Origin: Piromyces finnis finn
Lineage: Eukaryota; Fungi; Neocallimastigomycota
Reading direction: 5' to 3'
Assembly: GCA_002104945.1 (NCBI GenBank)
Contig: MCFH01000026.1
Location: 1-64,000 of the forward strand
Length of the DNA: 64,000 bases
Shown here: piece by piece, positions 34,801 to 49,988 of the stretch
How the letters are laid out: each line of letters opens with the position of its first letter
Position numbering within the stretch: the stretch's first letter is position 1
Notes under the pieces: model-generated
The model's database searches: none
What the model was told of the DNA's origin: nothing
Seen by the model: only the letters and a program-made list of their open reading frames with translations
Position numbers and translations under genes: made by a program

Positions 34801-36185
34801 TTGTTATTTACTCGAAAACATGAGCTTGAACTTCTTTATTATTAACTTTTTCTTTCATTACACCTTCTTGATATACACCCATAAATTCAAGCATATTAAG
34901 AACACGATCATTAATTTTTTTTCTACCATCGGATACTATACAAACAATTACTTTTTTCCATCCATCCATACCCCATTTATTATCTTTATTACACATATAT
35001 GTTATATTTTCCATTACGGATGACATTGAACGAGCAAATAAAACTTCATCTTCATTATACCTATAATAATTTTTATATTTAAAAAAGTTTATAGTTTATA
35101 AATAAATATAGATATATATAAATATTTATAAATTATAATATACTATTTTATTAATATAATTTACATAGTTAATACTATAAAAAGTTCAGTTTGACGTTTC
35201 CATAAACATTGTCTTAATGTGAAATTATTCTTTTCAAAATCATTTGGATCACATGTAACAGCTGAATATCTTTATAAATTAATCATTAGATTATAATTAA
35301 AAACCAAAAAAATCAAAAGAGAAAATAAATAAATAAATATATAGTCTTTATTTTATTAATATTAAACATTTATTTAAAATTAACATATATGTAATTATAA
35401 TTTTGCTATATTTGCTATATAATTTCCCTTTTATTTTACCTTAAATATCCAAATTCTTCAATATCTCTACCAAAAACTCCCTTACTTAATACACCATCTG
35501 GAACTGGACAATTAACAATATAATTACCTTTGTATAATTGAACTTTTTTAATTCTACTATTAATATTAGGAGAAGGTGGTACTTGATTCATTGGTGAAAG
35601 ACCGGGATTAACTGGTTGATATCCAGAATTCAATTGAATATTAGAGTTTGATGAATTTGGAAGTAATTGAATTGATGAATCACCATAGTTTATATTATCA
35701 CTATTATTAGAATAAGTACTATTTTGACGACCATAGTTTTGATTAATTGAAAGATAATCGTTAGATGCCATAGGTCCATTCATATTTTGAGGTGGAGGAC
35801 TCATTATTCTATTTCCATTGTTCATATTCATATTCATGTTTTGTGGTGGTAGTCCACCATTTCCATTATTCATATTCATATTCATATTCATATTTTGTTG
35901 TGGCAGACGACTATTTCCATTGTTCATATTCATATTCATATTTTGTTGTGGCGGACGACTATTTCCATTGTTCATATTCATATTCATATTTTGTTGTGGT
36001 GGACGACTATTTCCATTATTCATATTAATACTCATGTTTTGTTGTGGACGGTCATTTCCATTATTCATATTAATACTCATATTTTGTTGTGGACGGCCAT
36101 TTCCATTATTCATATTTTGTGGTGGTGGACCTCTATTATTATTACCAGGTTGGGGCATAGAATACCCATTATTATTATTACTCAT
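31895..36185 (-). CDS. Chitin synthase, division 1 (class I-III type), multi-exon
   Basis: [29 protein letters not shown] (~33710), SQRRRW (~33495), [18 protein letters not shown] and C-terminal TM helices. Confidence 0.95.
35800..36130 (-). repeat. Coding minisatellite (~48-54 bp) encoding [16 protein letters not shown]-type units at the chitin synthase N-terminus
   Basis: About six imperfect units are visible in ORF 35436-36185. Confidence 0.9.
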
Positions 36186-36688
36186 TTTATTTCAAATACA
36201 ATTTTTTATAATATTAAAATAACAATAACTATTTCTATGAGAAAAAAAAAGAAGAGAAATTATATAAATATAAATAATAAAAAGAAATAATTTTTTAATA
36301 ACTAATATTTATTTCTTTATTTTATTTTATTTTTTTTTTTTTTTTTCACAATAAAAATTAAAATTTATTAAATTTTTACAAGTTTAATAATTTAATAATT
36401 CTTAAGATTTGAAATAAAGCCAAAAACTTTAATATCATTGTTGTTGTTTCACATTAACAAGAAATGATAAAATTATAATATTTTTATTGCATTTAAAAAA
36501 TATCTTTATTTTCAAATAAGAATTCTGCAAAAATATAAGATATTTATTCAAATCTTATTATTAATAAAAATTTAAAATTATATAATGTTTTATTATAGTG
36601 AAGTAATTTTCTATATTTCGACTTATTTTTTTCATACTATTTCTTTTTATAACTTTTTTTATTTTTATGAATATTCATCCAATTTATA

Positions 36689-36699
36689 TTAAGATTATT

Positions 36700-36757
<58 letters not shown>

Positions 36758-36865
36758 TTCCGAGTGCATTTCTCCCATCGATCAGAGTTAGCTCCAATGG
36801 TGGTTCTTAGAGAAACGTTGGCTCATTCCTATTGCTAGGTGGTTGTGACCCTTAAGATTATTTAT
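36689..36865 (-). mobile_element. Short retro-insertion: 97-bp body, ~52-nt poly(A), 14-bp target-site duplication
   Basis: TTAAGATTATTTAT at 36689-36702 and 36852-36865; poly(T) at 36703-36754; GC-richer body at 36755-36851. Confidence 0.88.
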
Positions 36866-37206
36866 GTCATATATTTTTAAATATAAATTTTAAAATGTAC
36901 TAACATATTATAAAATTATGTTATGATCAATTAAATTTTTTTTTTTTTACTTTTTTTTTTTTTAAAACTACTTTTTATTATATAAAAAAATACAATAATA
37001 GAATAAAATATTATTAAGTATTTTATTGTAAAACTTATTTCGTAAAATATTTATCTCTTTTTTTTTTTTTGTATTAAAAATATCAATTTGAATTACATCT
37101 TTTAAATAAATTATTATGTATACTAAAAAAAAAAAAATCATTTAAAAATTAATGAATATACTAATGATTTTAATAAAAGATAAAATAAATAATAATTAAA
37201 TAGGAA

Positions 37207-38628
37207 TTATGATTTCTTTTGTGGACTTAAAATTCCTTCCAATTGAGTCTATTATTTATATTATTTATATATATTGAAAATTAATTATTTATAAATTAAA
37301 TTATTTTTCATAAATTTATATAATTTTTATATATTTTCTATCAATTAGATATTTATAAATTTAAAATATATATTATATCTATTAACCTTTAATTGAACAT
37401 TAGTCTTCTTTAAGAACGCAATTTCTTCTGCATGCTTTCTTTCTTCCATAGCTCTTTGTTCAGCTTCATGTTTTTCTATCATTTCACATTTAGCTTTAAG
37501 TTCTGTAACTTGTTGTTCTAATTGTGCTTTTTCTTCTTCAAGTTCTTTAATCTTGCATTTAGATTAAAAAGAAAATTAAATATAATAAGTTTTTCATATG
37601 ATATGTTAATATATTTATACCTTGATAAAAATGATTATCTTTTTTATTACGATTAAAATAATATCTACCTTAATTTCCATATCTGTTTTTCCTTGTTCTT
37701 CTTGTAATGCTTTTCTCATACCAAATGCAACACTACTTTCATATAATGTTTGATAAGCAGCAATTGACATTCTAATCTCATCACGAATTCTTAATAATAA
37801 TAAACCTCTCTCTTGACAATTAATTGTAACTTGTCTTATAAGTTCATCTAATTTTATAATTTTATAATTATATATATATATTAATTGAATAATAAATATT
37901 TTATTTCCATATTTAGATTTATTAATATTAAATTTTTTTTTAAAAAAAAAAGGTTGAAAAATATATACCAAAACATTGACTGTATAAATCTCTTCTTACT
38001 GGACAAATACCAGTTTCTCTTGCTTGTCTTTTTTGTAGCATATGATCTAATTGTTCCTATTTTCCAGTAAAAATATTTTAATAATCATTTCATATTTTAA
38101 TTTTTTTTGTATATCATTTCTTTTTATTTTTATATTAATTAATATAAAAAGGATAATAGTTGGAAGATGTTTTATATTTTGAAAAATAATGAATATTCCA
38201 AATTATACCTGTAAATTAATAACATCTAAACGAGTTGCTGGAGTACTTGAAACTCTCTGAATCCAGTATTGACCTTGTTCATCCCATTCTCTTGAATATT
38301 ATTAAAAAGTATTTGATTAATTAATTTTTAGTATCTAAATTATTAGTATATATATATATCTTTTTGTTAACAATAGCAATATATACCTTGGTGGTAATAT
38401 TGAATTTAATACATCTTCAGTTTGATTAGGGGTTTTAAGACGACCTTTATCATCGACTGGTGGTAATTTTTTAATTCCAGATGGTTGATTACTAAATTTT
38501 TTATCAATTGCATTATTTTTCATTAAATTTTGAATATTTTTAATTCCAGATATTCCTTGACCATCTGAACGAGAAACCAATACCGGGTTATCGTATTTAA
38601 TTAATGAGGCAGCAGGTTGTATCATCAT
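37207..38628 (-). CDS. DNALI1: Axonemal inner-arm dynein light intermediate chain p28
   Basis: SLIKYDNPVLVS, EDVLNSILPPREW, SSTPATRLDVINL, RQARETGICPVR, DELIRQVTINCQERGLLLLRIRDEIRM, YQTLYESSVAFGMRKAL; ends QLEGILSPQKKS*. Confidence 0.95.
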
Positions 38629-39578
38629 TTTGGTAATAGTTTTTCTTTTTTATATAAAATAATTAAAAAGGTATAATAAATATAATTTTATTTTATTTTA
38701 TTTTATATTTTTTAATATTTTTTTTTTATATTTTATTATTATTATTTCTTTATCTTTCAATTTATATATAATTAAATAATAGATATGTTTTTTTTTTTTT
38801 TTTTGTTTCTATTTATTTTAATGTATTTTAAATTTATTATCAAATAAGCTTTATTAATAATTGTTTTTTTTTTTAAAAAATATATATATATAAAATATAT
38901 ATAAATATGAAATGATGTCTTCAATTAATAATTCAGTTATTAAAAGATAAAAAATGAATGTATACAATTATTCATTTTTCTATTGCGGAGATTAAAATAC
39001 AAAAAATATAAAAATATATTTTTCTTTTAAAGTTTGAAATTAATATAAAAATTTAATTTAAAGAAATAAAAATTAACTGTTTTTAATTAAATTTTTAAAT
39101 AATAATTGAATAAAATAAAAAATAAAACTAATAAATAAAGTTTATTAATTTAATGTAACACAATTATCAAAAAAAAATTATTTAAAAAAAAAAAAAAAAG
39201 ATGTTAATTTGAATTAAAAAAAAAATGGTAATGTTTAACAAATTTTAAAATTGTAATTATAAATTTATACCCAAGAAATTAAAAACATTATAATTACGAC
39301 AATAAAAACAATTTATAATTTATATACGTTAGTAATTAATACATAATAATAATATATATTAAGAAAATTTTGTTAATTCAAATAACAATTACATTAATTC
39401 CAAGTTTAAAACTGTTTTCAATTTAAATATAAAAAAAAAAAAAAAAAAAAAATTGAATTTAAATTATAAATTCAGCAATTTATTGTAATAAAAGTTGAAA
39501 ATAAAAAATTTTTAATTTCATTTTTATTTCTATTTTTTTATTTTATTTTATTCAAAAGTACAAAATTCATTTTAAAAA

Positions 39579-42500
39579 ATGGCATCAAGGAATAAATTAA
39601 CAATACTAGTTACTTGTATTGAAGGTAAGCATTTAACTAGTAATAGGTTTTAACTAATAATTATTATAGCAAAATTAAAATTCATTTCAATTAAAGATAA
39701 AAAGATTTTAAATAAAAGCCAATTCAATAAATTTTAAAATATAATATAAAAATGAAATGTATATACAATCTTTTGTAATATTCATATAAATTTGGGAATA
39801 AATAATAAATTACTAATACTAAAAAAAATAATTTTTTTTTTATTCATATTATTATATGAATATATACAAATATTCAATAATAACCGTAGGAAGATATTTT
39901 TCAAGAGAAAATAAAAAGAAAATATATTTACAATGTCGATTTAATAATGAAATTTTAACAACAGATCCGGTAGATTATACAGATGAGCCAATATGGGATA
40001 CAGAATTAACATGGGATTTAGAATCAAAAGTATTACATTTTTTAAAAAGTCAACGAGTGGCATTAAAACTTATTTGTTTTTCTCTTTATCGTAAAGAAAG
40101 GAAAAATATAGGTTATATTATGTTAGATTTAAGAAGTGCTTCAGGATTTCCACCTAAAGAACGTTGGTATCCATTATTAAATTCAAAAGTCAATGGCTCA
40201 AATAGACCAGAAATTAAAATAGCATTTGGAATTGGAAATATGGATACCTTAAATAGTAGTAGTTTAAATTATTCACCGCCCATTAAATTAATTAATAAAT
40301 CAACTGAAAATATATCAAAAATAGATATTTCCAATGTAGAAAATATACAAGAAATACCAACTTATAAAGATAATAAAAATAATAATAGTATTAATAATAG
40401 TATTATTAATAATAATAATAATAATACCAATTCACTTGAACCTATATTAACAAATGATGGATTCTATAAAATTGGTAATGGAGAGGATTATTTTATTTTA
40501 ATTATATCTCTGATTGCAACATACAATTTGAATAAACTAGTATCAAGCGTTCCAAATCAGATAGATTCAAAAGGATCTTCAAACTATAATTTTTGTTATT
40601 CCATCCTAGGAAATGAAATTACTACAGAAGAATTTGATAATATTAATAAGCCATCATTTTCAATAGAACGAGTATCCATTCGTTTTCGATCTACAAAGCA
40701 AGATATGATTGAATTTTTCAATCAACTTTCTAGTATAAAAATTTTATTAAATAAAGGAACCCAAACAATTGCATATTCAGATATTGATTTACATCAATTA
40801 TGGAAAGAAGATAAGAGTGATTTTAATCCTATTTTTCGTAAAAGTATTCCATTATATAAAGTAGATTCAGATAATAAAACCATTATTTCAAATGAAATTC
40901 AACCACAAGTTATGATATTAATGTGCCTACAGCCCGAAAATAATAATATTGATGAAATTATGAAAGAAGTGGATAGAATCATTGAAAGTAACGATGTAAT
41001 GGAAGCTGATAGTTTTCTTATTAAAAATAATATTGATTATAGTAATAATATAAATACATATAATGACAATTATAATCCACTGAACCTAGAAAATAATCAT
41101 CTTTTAAATGATCATGATGATGATAATTATCCAATTAATGAAAATAATAATAAAGCCAATAATGATGAACAGTTATATATTAATGAGAATATTAATTATG
41201 ACAAAAATAATGAAATTATAAATGATAATGATAATAGTAATAAAATACAATACAATGATGTTGTTAAAAATGATAATAATGAAATGTATTGTGGCAATAT
41301 AATTGTTAATGACAATGATAGTAATAATCATAAAGGCCTTAATGATAACAATGATAATAATAATAATATAATAAATATGGAATACAATGAATTAATATCA
41401 CCTAATATCAATGTAATTAATGAGAATGTTATTGATGAATTAAGTTTTAACATTGAAAGTATCAAAAATACTGAACTTGATGATGGCAATCAACATCAAA
41501 ATTTAACCATGGAAGAAGAAATAATCATAAGAGACGATGTTTTGAATAGCAATAATAATGTAATTGAAAGCACTAAAGACGTTGTTATGTTGAATAATAA
41601 GGATGAAAATATTAATATTACAAATAGTAACCTTAAAATTGAGTACAATTCTCAAGATGAATATAATAGTAACAGTTTTATACCGCTAGATAGTACAAAT
41701 TTTAATTTAGATAATACTGAAAATATTCAAACTGATTTTATTATTGGGGAAGGAAATACAGAACTATTAATTAAAAATGTGGCTACTTCAATAAATAATC
41801 AAAATACTGAAAAGGAAATAACATTACCAGAAGAATTTATTGAAGAAATGCCTCAAGAAATAAATCAAAATTCAAATGATAAATTTACATCTAAATTACC
41901 TATTTCAATGTCATCAAATTTAAAAAAATCGATTTCGTTAGCTAATGTCCCAAATAATGAGGTAAAAACAATTAATGGCAATAATATTTCAAATTCAACA
42001 CCAATATTAAACAAAACTAATTCCGTTAAAAGGGTAAATCCAAATATTCAAAGTACTCAAAATGAAATCAGAAAAACCGAAAATAAAACTCTTAATAAAA
42101 GTAACAATTCTAGCAAAAATATAATTAATGCTACAAATATAAATAGCATTAATAGAAATAAAAGCAGTAATATTAACATTAAGGTCACTGAAAAGCAAAA
42201 ATTTTCAAATAATATCAAAAATAATAATATTAAAATAACAAATTATAATATAAAACAAGAATCCTTACCTCAAACAGAAACAATGGAAACAACTAATATT
42301 TTCCAAACGATAAACCTCCATCAATATAAATTTACAATTAATCTTCAAAGTATACGTAATATTAAATTGAACGCACATAATGTTTATTGTAAATACCTTT
42401 ATTTACCGTTTGGTAATAAATTGCCACAAATAACCTATCCACCAGTTGATATTGTTAATGATAATGAAATATATTTATCGTGTTCATCCTATTCCTATGA

Positions 42501-44799
42501 ATTTTTCATGGATCGTTTGGTACTATCAAATTCTTTAGAATCAATTCCATTAGAGGTGGAATTATGGCAAAAAAACGATCAACTAAATAAAGAAATTAAA
42601 CTTGGTCAATCAACTATTTTTATGAATGAAATATTAAACATGCCAGAAATTTCCAAAAATAATAAAAATAAGCAAGATTATAAGATACAACAATGGTCAA
42701 CATATGTTCCAATATTTTCTATTGAAAATATCGGAGTACCATTTGAAAAAATAGCAGATTTAAAAATTATATTACAAATAGAAGATTTCGGATTAGTAGA
42801 AGATAAGCCATCTCCACCCATTCAACAAAATTCTAGCTTTTTGAACCAAGCCACTCCAACACCAAATAATCATTGTAAGTATTATTACATCAGAAATTTT
42901 TTAATTTCTTTATATTTAGAAACTTTTCAATGACTGCTTTTATTTTATTTTAATAATTATATTGATATTATTTTTATTTATTTATTTTTTTTTGCATAAA
43001 AAGCAGCATTAAACAAACCCAATTGTACTCAACCATTAATAAATAATAATAATGATATCAATTATACCCAAACTCCACAATATAAAAACCAATGTTATCC
43101 TGAGTCGTTAAAAAAGAATTCTAATCCTTATTCTATACCAACAATAAATCCCACCTATGAAGAAAAAGAAGAAGAGAATGAAATCTCTTCTTCATATGAT
43201 GACCAACTTTCAAATTCAAGCATTTCAATACATGAAACAAATGAATACAAAGTTGCTATAGAATTAGAATTATGGAAACAAAATGAACAACAAAAATTTA
43301 AAAATGAATTAAAAAAGAAAGAACAAGAACTAGTGAATCAACTTTCCAAAGAATGGAATAAACGTAACCAAGAACGAAATTCTGTTTTTAATAAAAAAGT
43401 AAAAGAATTAAAGGATTTAGAAGATAAAGTGAAAAAATTAGTTAATGATTTAGAAAATCGAGAACAAAATTTAATGAATGATGAGGAAGAATTAAGAAGA
43501 CGGAGAGATAATTTAGAAAGAGAATTTCGATTAAAAAATTCAACCATTGAAGATTATGAAAAATGTATTCGAGAAGAGTGTCGTTGTAATGTTGAAGTAG
43601 CCACACGGAAAGCCGAAGCAGCAGACAAAAAGTATAAAGAAATAAATAAAGAGTTAGAAAGAGAACATCAAAAGTATAATAAACTTTCTGAAGAATACGA
43701 ACTCTACAAAAGTAAAATGAAAGAATCCACCGAAACTAAATTAACTCAAGAATTGAATCAACTTCAATTAGATAATGAAAAACTAAATAAACAATTATTA
43801 GCCTTAAAGAAGACCAAAAAATATTATAAAACCGAATGGATAATTACCTTGAAAGAGCTTTCGAAAACAAAACAAATTCTTCAAGAAAAAGTAATAAAGG
43901 AACGAGAAAATGAAAAAGAAAAAGAGTTTAAAAGAAAAATTGAACAAGTAAATGAATCTATTGCTCATACCTATAAAACAAGTCCAAATAGGCATCAAGA
44001 AAAAATGAATGGCTTCTATTCTACTAGTAACGATGATGAAATTCCAATCAAATTAAATGATGAAGAAAAAATGAAAAATGTTAATGATAAACAACAATCT
44101 TATCCTAATACTACAAATTCAGTAATGAATCCATTAATGAACTCTGTATTAAATAGCTATAACAATAATAGTATGGGTAATTCAAATCCAAATCCAAATC
44201 AATGGAATATTAATAATACCCCACCAACAGATAATGTCACACAAAATCTTTTAAATCTAATTACTCAAGTTTTATTAAATAATAACAATAACAATAGTAA
44301 AGATATGGAAAATAAAGATAATAAAGATAGCAATAATAATGAAAATAACAAAGATAACAATAGTAAGGATAAAAATGATGATTCAAATAATAACGACAAA
44401 AAAGAAAATAGTACGGATGAAGAAAATAAAAAAGAAATAATTAAAGAAGAAAAAGAATCTCAAAAGGCAAACATTCATGAAAAAATTATTAATGAAGAGT
44501 ATAATGAGAATATGATGGAACCAACAATCTTTGATATTAAAAATCTTAAACGTAAAATAAATGATAAAGGCGTGTACATTTGGGGAGTTTCTTTTAATGA
44601 TAAGCCAAAGGAATGGATTTCTTTTACTAAACAACCAAATCTATATATGATACCCTATCATCTCATGAATCATAAGTTAATTCCAGAAATTAATCGACTC
44701 ATTGATGAACGAGATGATCTATTAAATACCGAAATATATAGTGAAAATGATGATCTGATTTATGGATTAAATAATCGTATTTATGAATTAGTAAAATAA
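39579..44799 (+). CDS. CEP120: Centriolar protein CEP120 (C2 domains plus coiled coil) with long N-rich insertions
   Basis: LVTCIEG|RYF...TDPVDYTDEPIWDTELTW...IGYIMLDLRS; YKVAIELELWK...LSKEWNKR; C-terminal RLIDERDDLLNTEIYS..D.LI..LN.RI.EL. Confidence 0.88.
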
Positions 44800-45327
44800 A
44801 TTGAAACTATCAAAAACCTAAATAAAAATAAAATTATCATATTTAAATCTTATAATACCTTTAAAAATATATATATTATATCTAATATTAATTAATAAAA
44901 TAAAACAATTAAATATTCATTTATTTTATTATTTATATATATCTTTATTATAATTATTAATTATAATTTAAAAATGGTATTATAGCGTTTTAACTTTTCT
45001 AATTTTCTATTATTAAATGATTTATTGCTATTACTATTATATTTATAAACATTAAATTGTTATCTTTGTAAACTTGATTTTTATATTTAAAAAAAAAAAA
45101 AAAAGAAATTATATAAATATACGATTTTCATTTTTCTATTTTTCTTATTAATAACTATGATATCTTTTATAGTTTTTCATATTTTTGTTTCTTTTTCTTT
45201 TTTTCTTTTATATATTATTTATATTTATTTATATTATGAATATATATATATCAACTTTTTTTATAAAATAATTAAAAAAGAAAAGACTGTAGGATTGAAT
45301 TGTTTAAATTAATTATTGTTGCTTTTT

Positions 45328-45361
<34 letters not shown>

Positions 45362-45610
45362 TATTTGTATTTTTATTTTATTATTATTATTTTTTTATTT
45401 TTTTTGCAATTATAATTGTATCTTTATTTTTTTTTTTTTTTTTGGTTTTTTTTTTTTTTTCGTTTTTGGTTTTCGTTTAAAAAATTATAATTTATTTAAT
45501 TTATATATAATAAATTATTTTTTTTCATACTATTTTAAAAACTAATTATATTTTATAATGGCATCTATGCAATGTATTTAATTATATAAAATTTAATAAT
45601 AGTTATTTAA

Positions 45611-47182
<1,572 letters not shown>

Positions 47183-47326
47183 TTTAAATATATTTATTTC
47201 TTATTTATCTTTTCTTCCTCTATATTTTTTATAAAACTACTTAGAATGATAAATATCAATTAATTAATAATAAAATATAATAATATAATTATTAGTATAA
47301 TAAAAATAACCTATTTATTATATATA

Positions 47327-47359
<33 letters not shown>

Positions 47360-49419
47360 TTTACAAATAAAATTGTAAACATTGTTTTATTATTATAAAG
47401 AAATTTCTTTACTACTATAATTATTTATTAATATCTTAATAATTCATTTGTTCATTTATTTATTTTGAATAAATAATAATTGTATTTCGATATTTTATAT
47501 ATTTGTTATAGCGCTTCTTTTTTATTTTTTATCTTTTAGAATCTCCAAGATTTCTAACAAATATTTGTTTTTATTTTAAATGATTTTGCATAAATTATAT
47601 TAATTATTTTATGAATGGAAATATTTGTTATAAATAAAACAGAATTTTATAATGTATGTAATTATTGCAATATTATTTTTCATTAATTCACTTTTGAAAA
47701 TTTAAATTGAATAGTATTAGTAATATAAATAAATTTTAATAAAATATAAGCTATGTATAATATATAATTATAATAATAATAGTAATTTATTATTTCTTCT
47801 TGGTTTCTCCATTTTAGTTTTAATAAAAATATCAAAAAAAAAAAGTATTATTATATTATTGTTAGAAGTTTTTAATGTTTATTTTTTAAAATAAAAACCA
47901 AAAAATGCATCTCAATATGGAGTCAATTGAATTATTGATTGTTACATATATATTATTATTATTATTTATTATATTATATTATTATGATTTAGCATTAATA
48001 TAACTTTTAAAAAAAGCATTAATACTTTATTTTAAATATTCTTATTATATGATAATAATGAATAACAATTATTTCTTTTATTTAAAAGACAAATAAAACA
48101 TTATATCTATTAACCTTTCAACAATATTTATGAATTAAATTTTAAACAGTTTTGAGAAATAAAAAAAAAAAAAAATAAAAAAAAATTATTATTTTATTTA
48201 TATAATTTATTTAGAAAAAAATTAATTAAAATAATTTAATATTTATTTATATTTTAAAATATAAACATCAATGTATGATTTTGATTTTATTACCTAACCC
48301 TTTTGTAAATTAAACCAATCAATATAATAATAAATATAATAAATATAGAAAAAGTTTTTTTTTTTTTTTTTTTAAAAAAATACATTTATTTTCTTTTTTA
48401 TTTGTTTTTTAATAATGTTTTAAAATAAATACTATTTATTTATTTATTTTTATAATAGTTTTGTAGTTACTATTTTTTTTTATTGTTAAATTCATTCCAT
48501 ATTAGATTTTTTCATAAATGTATGTATCATAGATCTTAATTGTATCCACTAAATGTATATAATTAACCAATAAAATAACAATGCTAGAATCAAAAAGAAT
48601 ATACCTAAAAAGTATCATATTTTTCAAATTTTTTAAAAAATTTTACTTTTATATACCTAAAAAAGATGGATTTTTTATATCTTTTCTGGTTAATAAATAA
48701 TTTAAATTCTTTCATTATTATAAAGTTAATAATATAAAATTCTTTACATTGAATATATCAATTTGAAATATTTTATATTTTTAAAAGCTGAATTATTTTC
48801 AAATTCCTTTTTATGTCTTTAATATTAAAATATAATATTCTTTTTTATTATATAAAATTCTACTATTTTTAATATCACTCTTTCCATATAAATAACAACC
48901 ATTTTTATATTACCCTTCCTTTCATTTTAATCAATTAATTACACCGAAAATTCAGAAATAAAAGATACTTTTTTTTTTTTTATTATACAACTTAAAATGA
49001 TATAAACTTTATTTGTTATTAATTTTTTTTCTTTATATACAAGTTGCGTGAAAAATGTATTTAACATTTTTATTTCTTATTTCATACGATAAATATTATA
49101 AATAATGATATTATTTGTTATTTAATGATTGTTAAAATAAATATATATATTTTTGTATATTTAATAATATTTAATAAATTATGATATGAAATGATTTTTT
49201 AATAAATAATACTATATCTTTTATGCTTATTGCCATTACCGTGTGAAATTTTTACTGAAATTTTAATATATTTATATTTAAAACTTCATATCTAAAAACA
49301 TATTTATACTATATTCATTTTTCTATTTTATATTTAAAATAAATTTAGTAAATGATAATATATTTTTCTATATACTTAAAATATTATTAAGTATATATTT
49401 TATATTGAATTTATAACAT

Positions 49420-49988
49420 TTAGAATAATGACATAATGTAGGCAACAACAAAAGCAAAGAAAGTTCCAGAAATCTTAAGAGCATTAACTGAAGAAACATT
49501 AGCAGAATTATCACCAGCAGCACCACCAATTTTGTTAGTGGCAGTAGCAGCAGCAGATGCTTGTGAAGCTTGAGTTAAAATTTCTGGTGGAACAGTCTTA
49601 GTTGCCTTAGCTTGGTTGATAGTAGTTATAGAAGCTAAGAATTCACTTGGTGGAGCCTTAGAGGTTTTTGGAGCAGATGGAGCTGCCTTAGCTGTGGTAA
49701 CAGCATCACCAGTATTTGGGATACCAGTTGGAATAGCCTTGGTATCACTTGGAATAGCCTTAGCATCACTTTGAATATCAGCTGGAATTGTCTTAACACT
49801 TTGTCCGTACTATTAATATTAATATTAAAAATTTATAAATAAAAAATTAATATGAATATTTATAATTTTTGTAAAACTAGTATTTATTTAAAAGTAATTA
49901 TTACTATATAATATTTTAATTATTTTTTTTTAATATTTACAGCAATAGCAATTAAAGCTAAGAAGAATAAGAAAGAGTACTTGTTCAT
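49420..49988 (-). CDS. Small A/T/S/P-rich secreted protein, probably GPI-anchored, 2 exons
   Basis: MNKYSFLFFLALIAIA|YGQSVKTIPADIQSDAKAIPSDTKAIPTG...GDNSANVSSVNALKISGTFFAFVVAYIMSLF*. It has a signal peptide and a hydrophobic C-terminus and is not in the ORF track. Confidence 0.8.

Noticed and set aside
36755-36851. 5S rRNA, tRNA or U1 snRNA identity for the inserted body
   Set aside because: Only short partial resemblances (cccatcgatc; aatgcactc; tagctccaatgg). There is no B-box, cloverleaf, U1 5' end or complete 5S helices.
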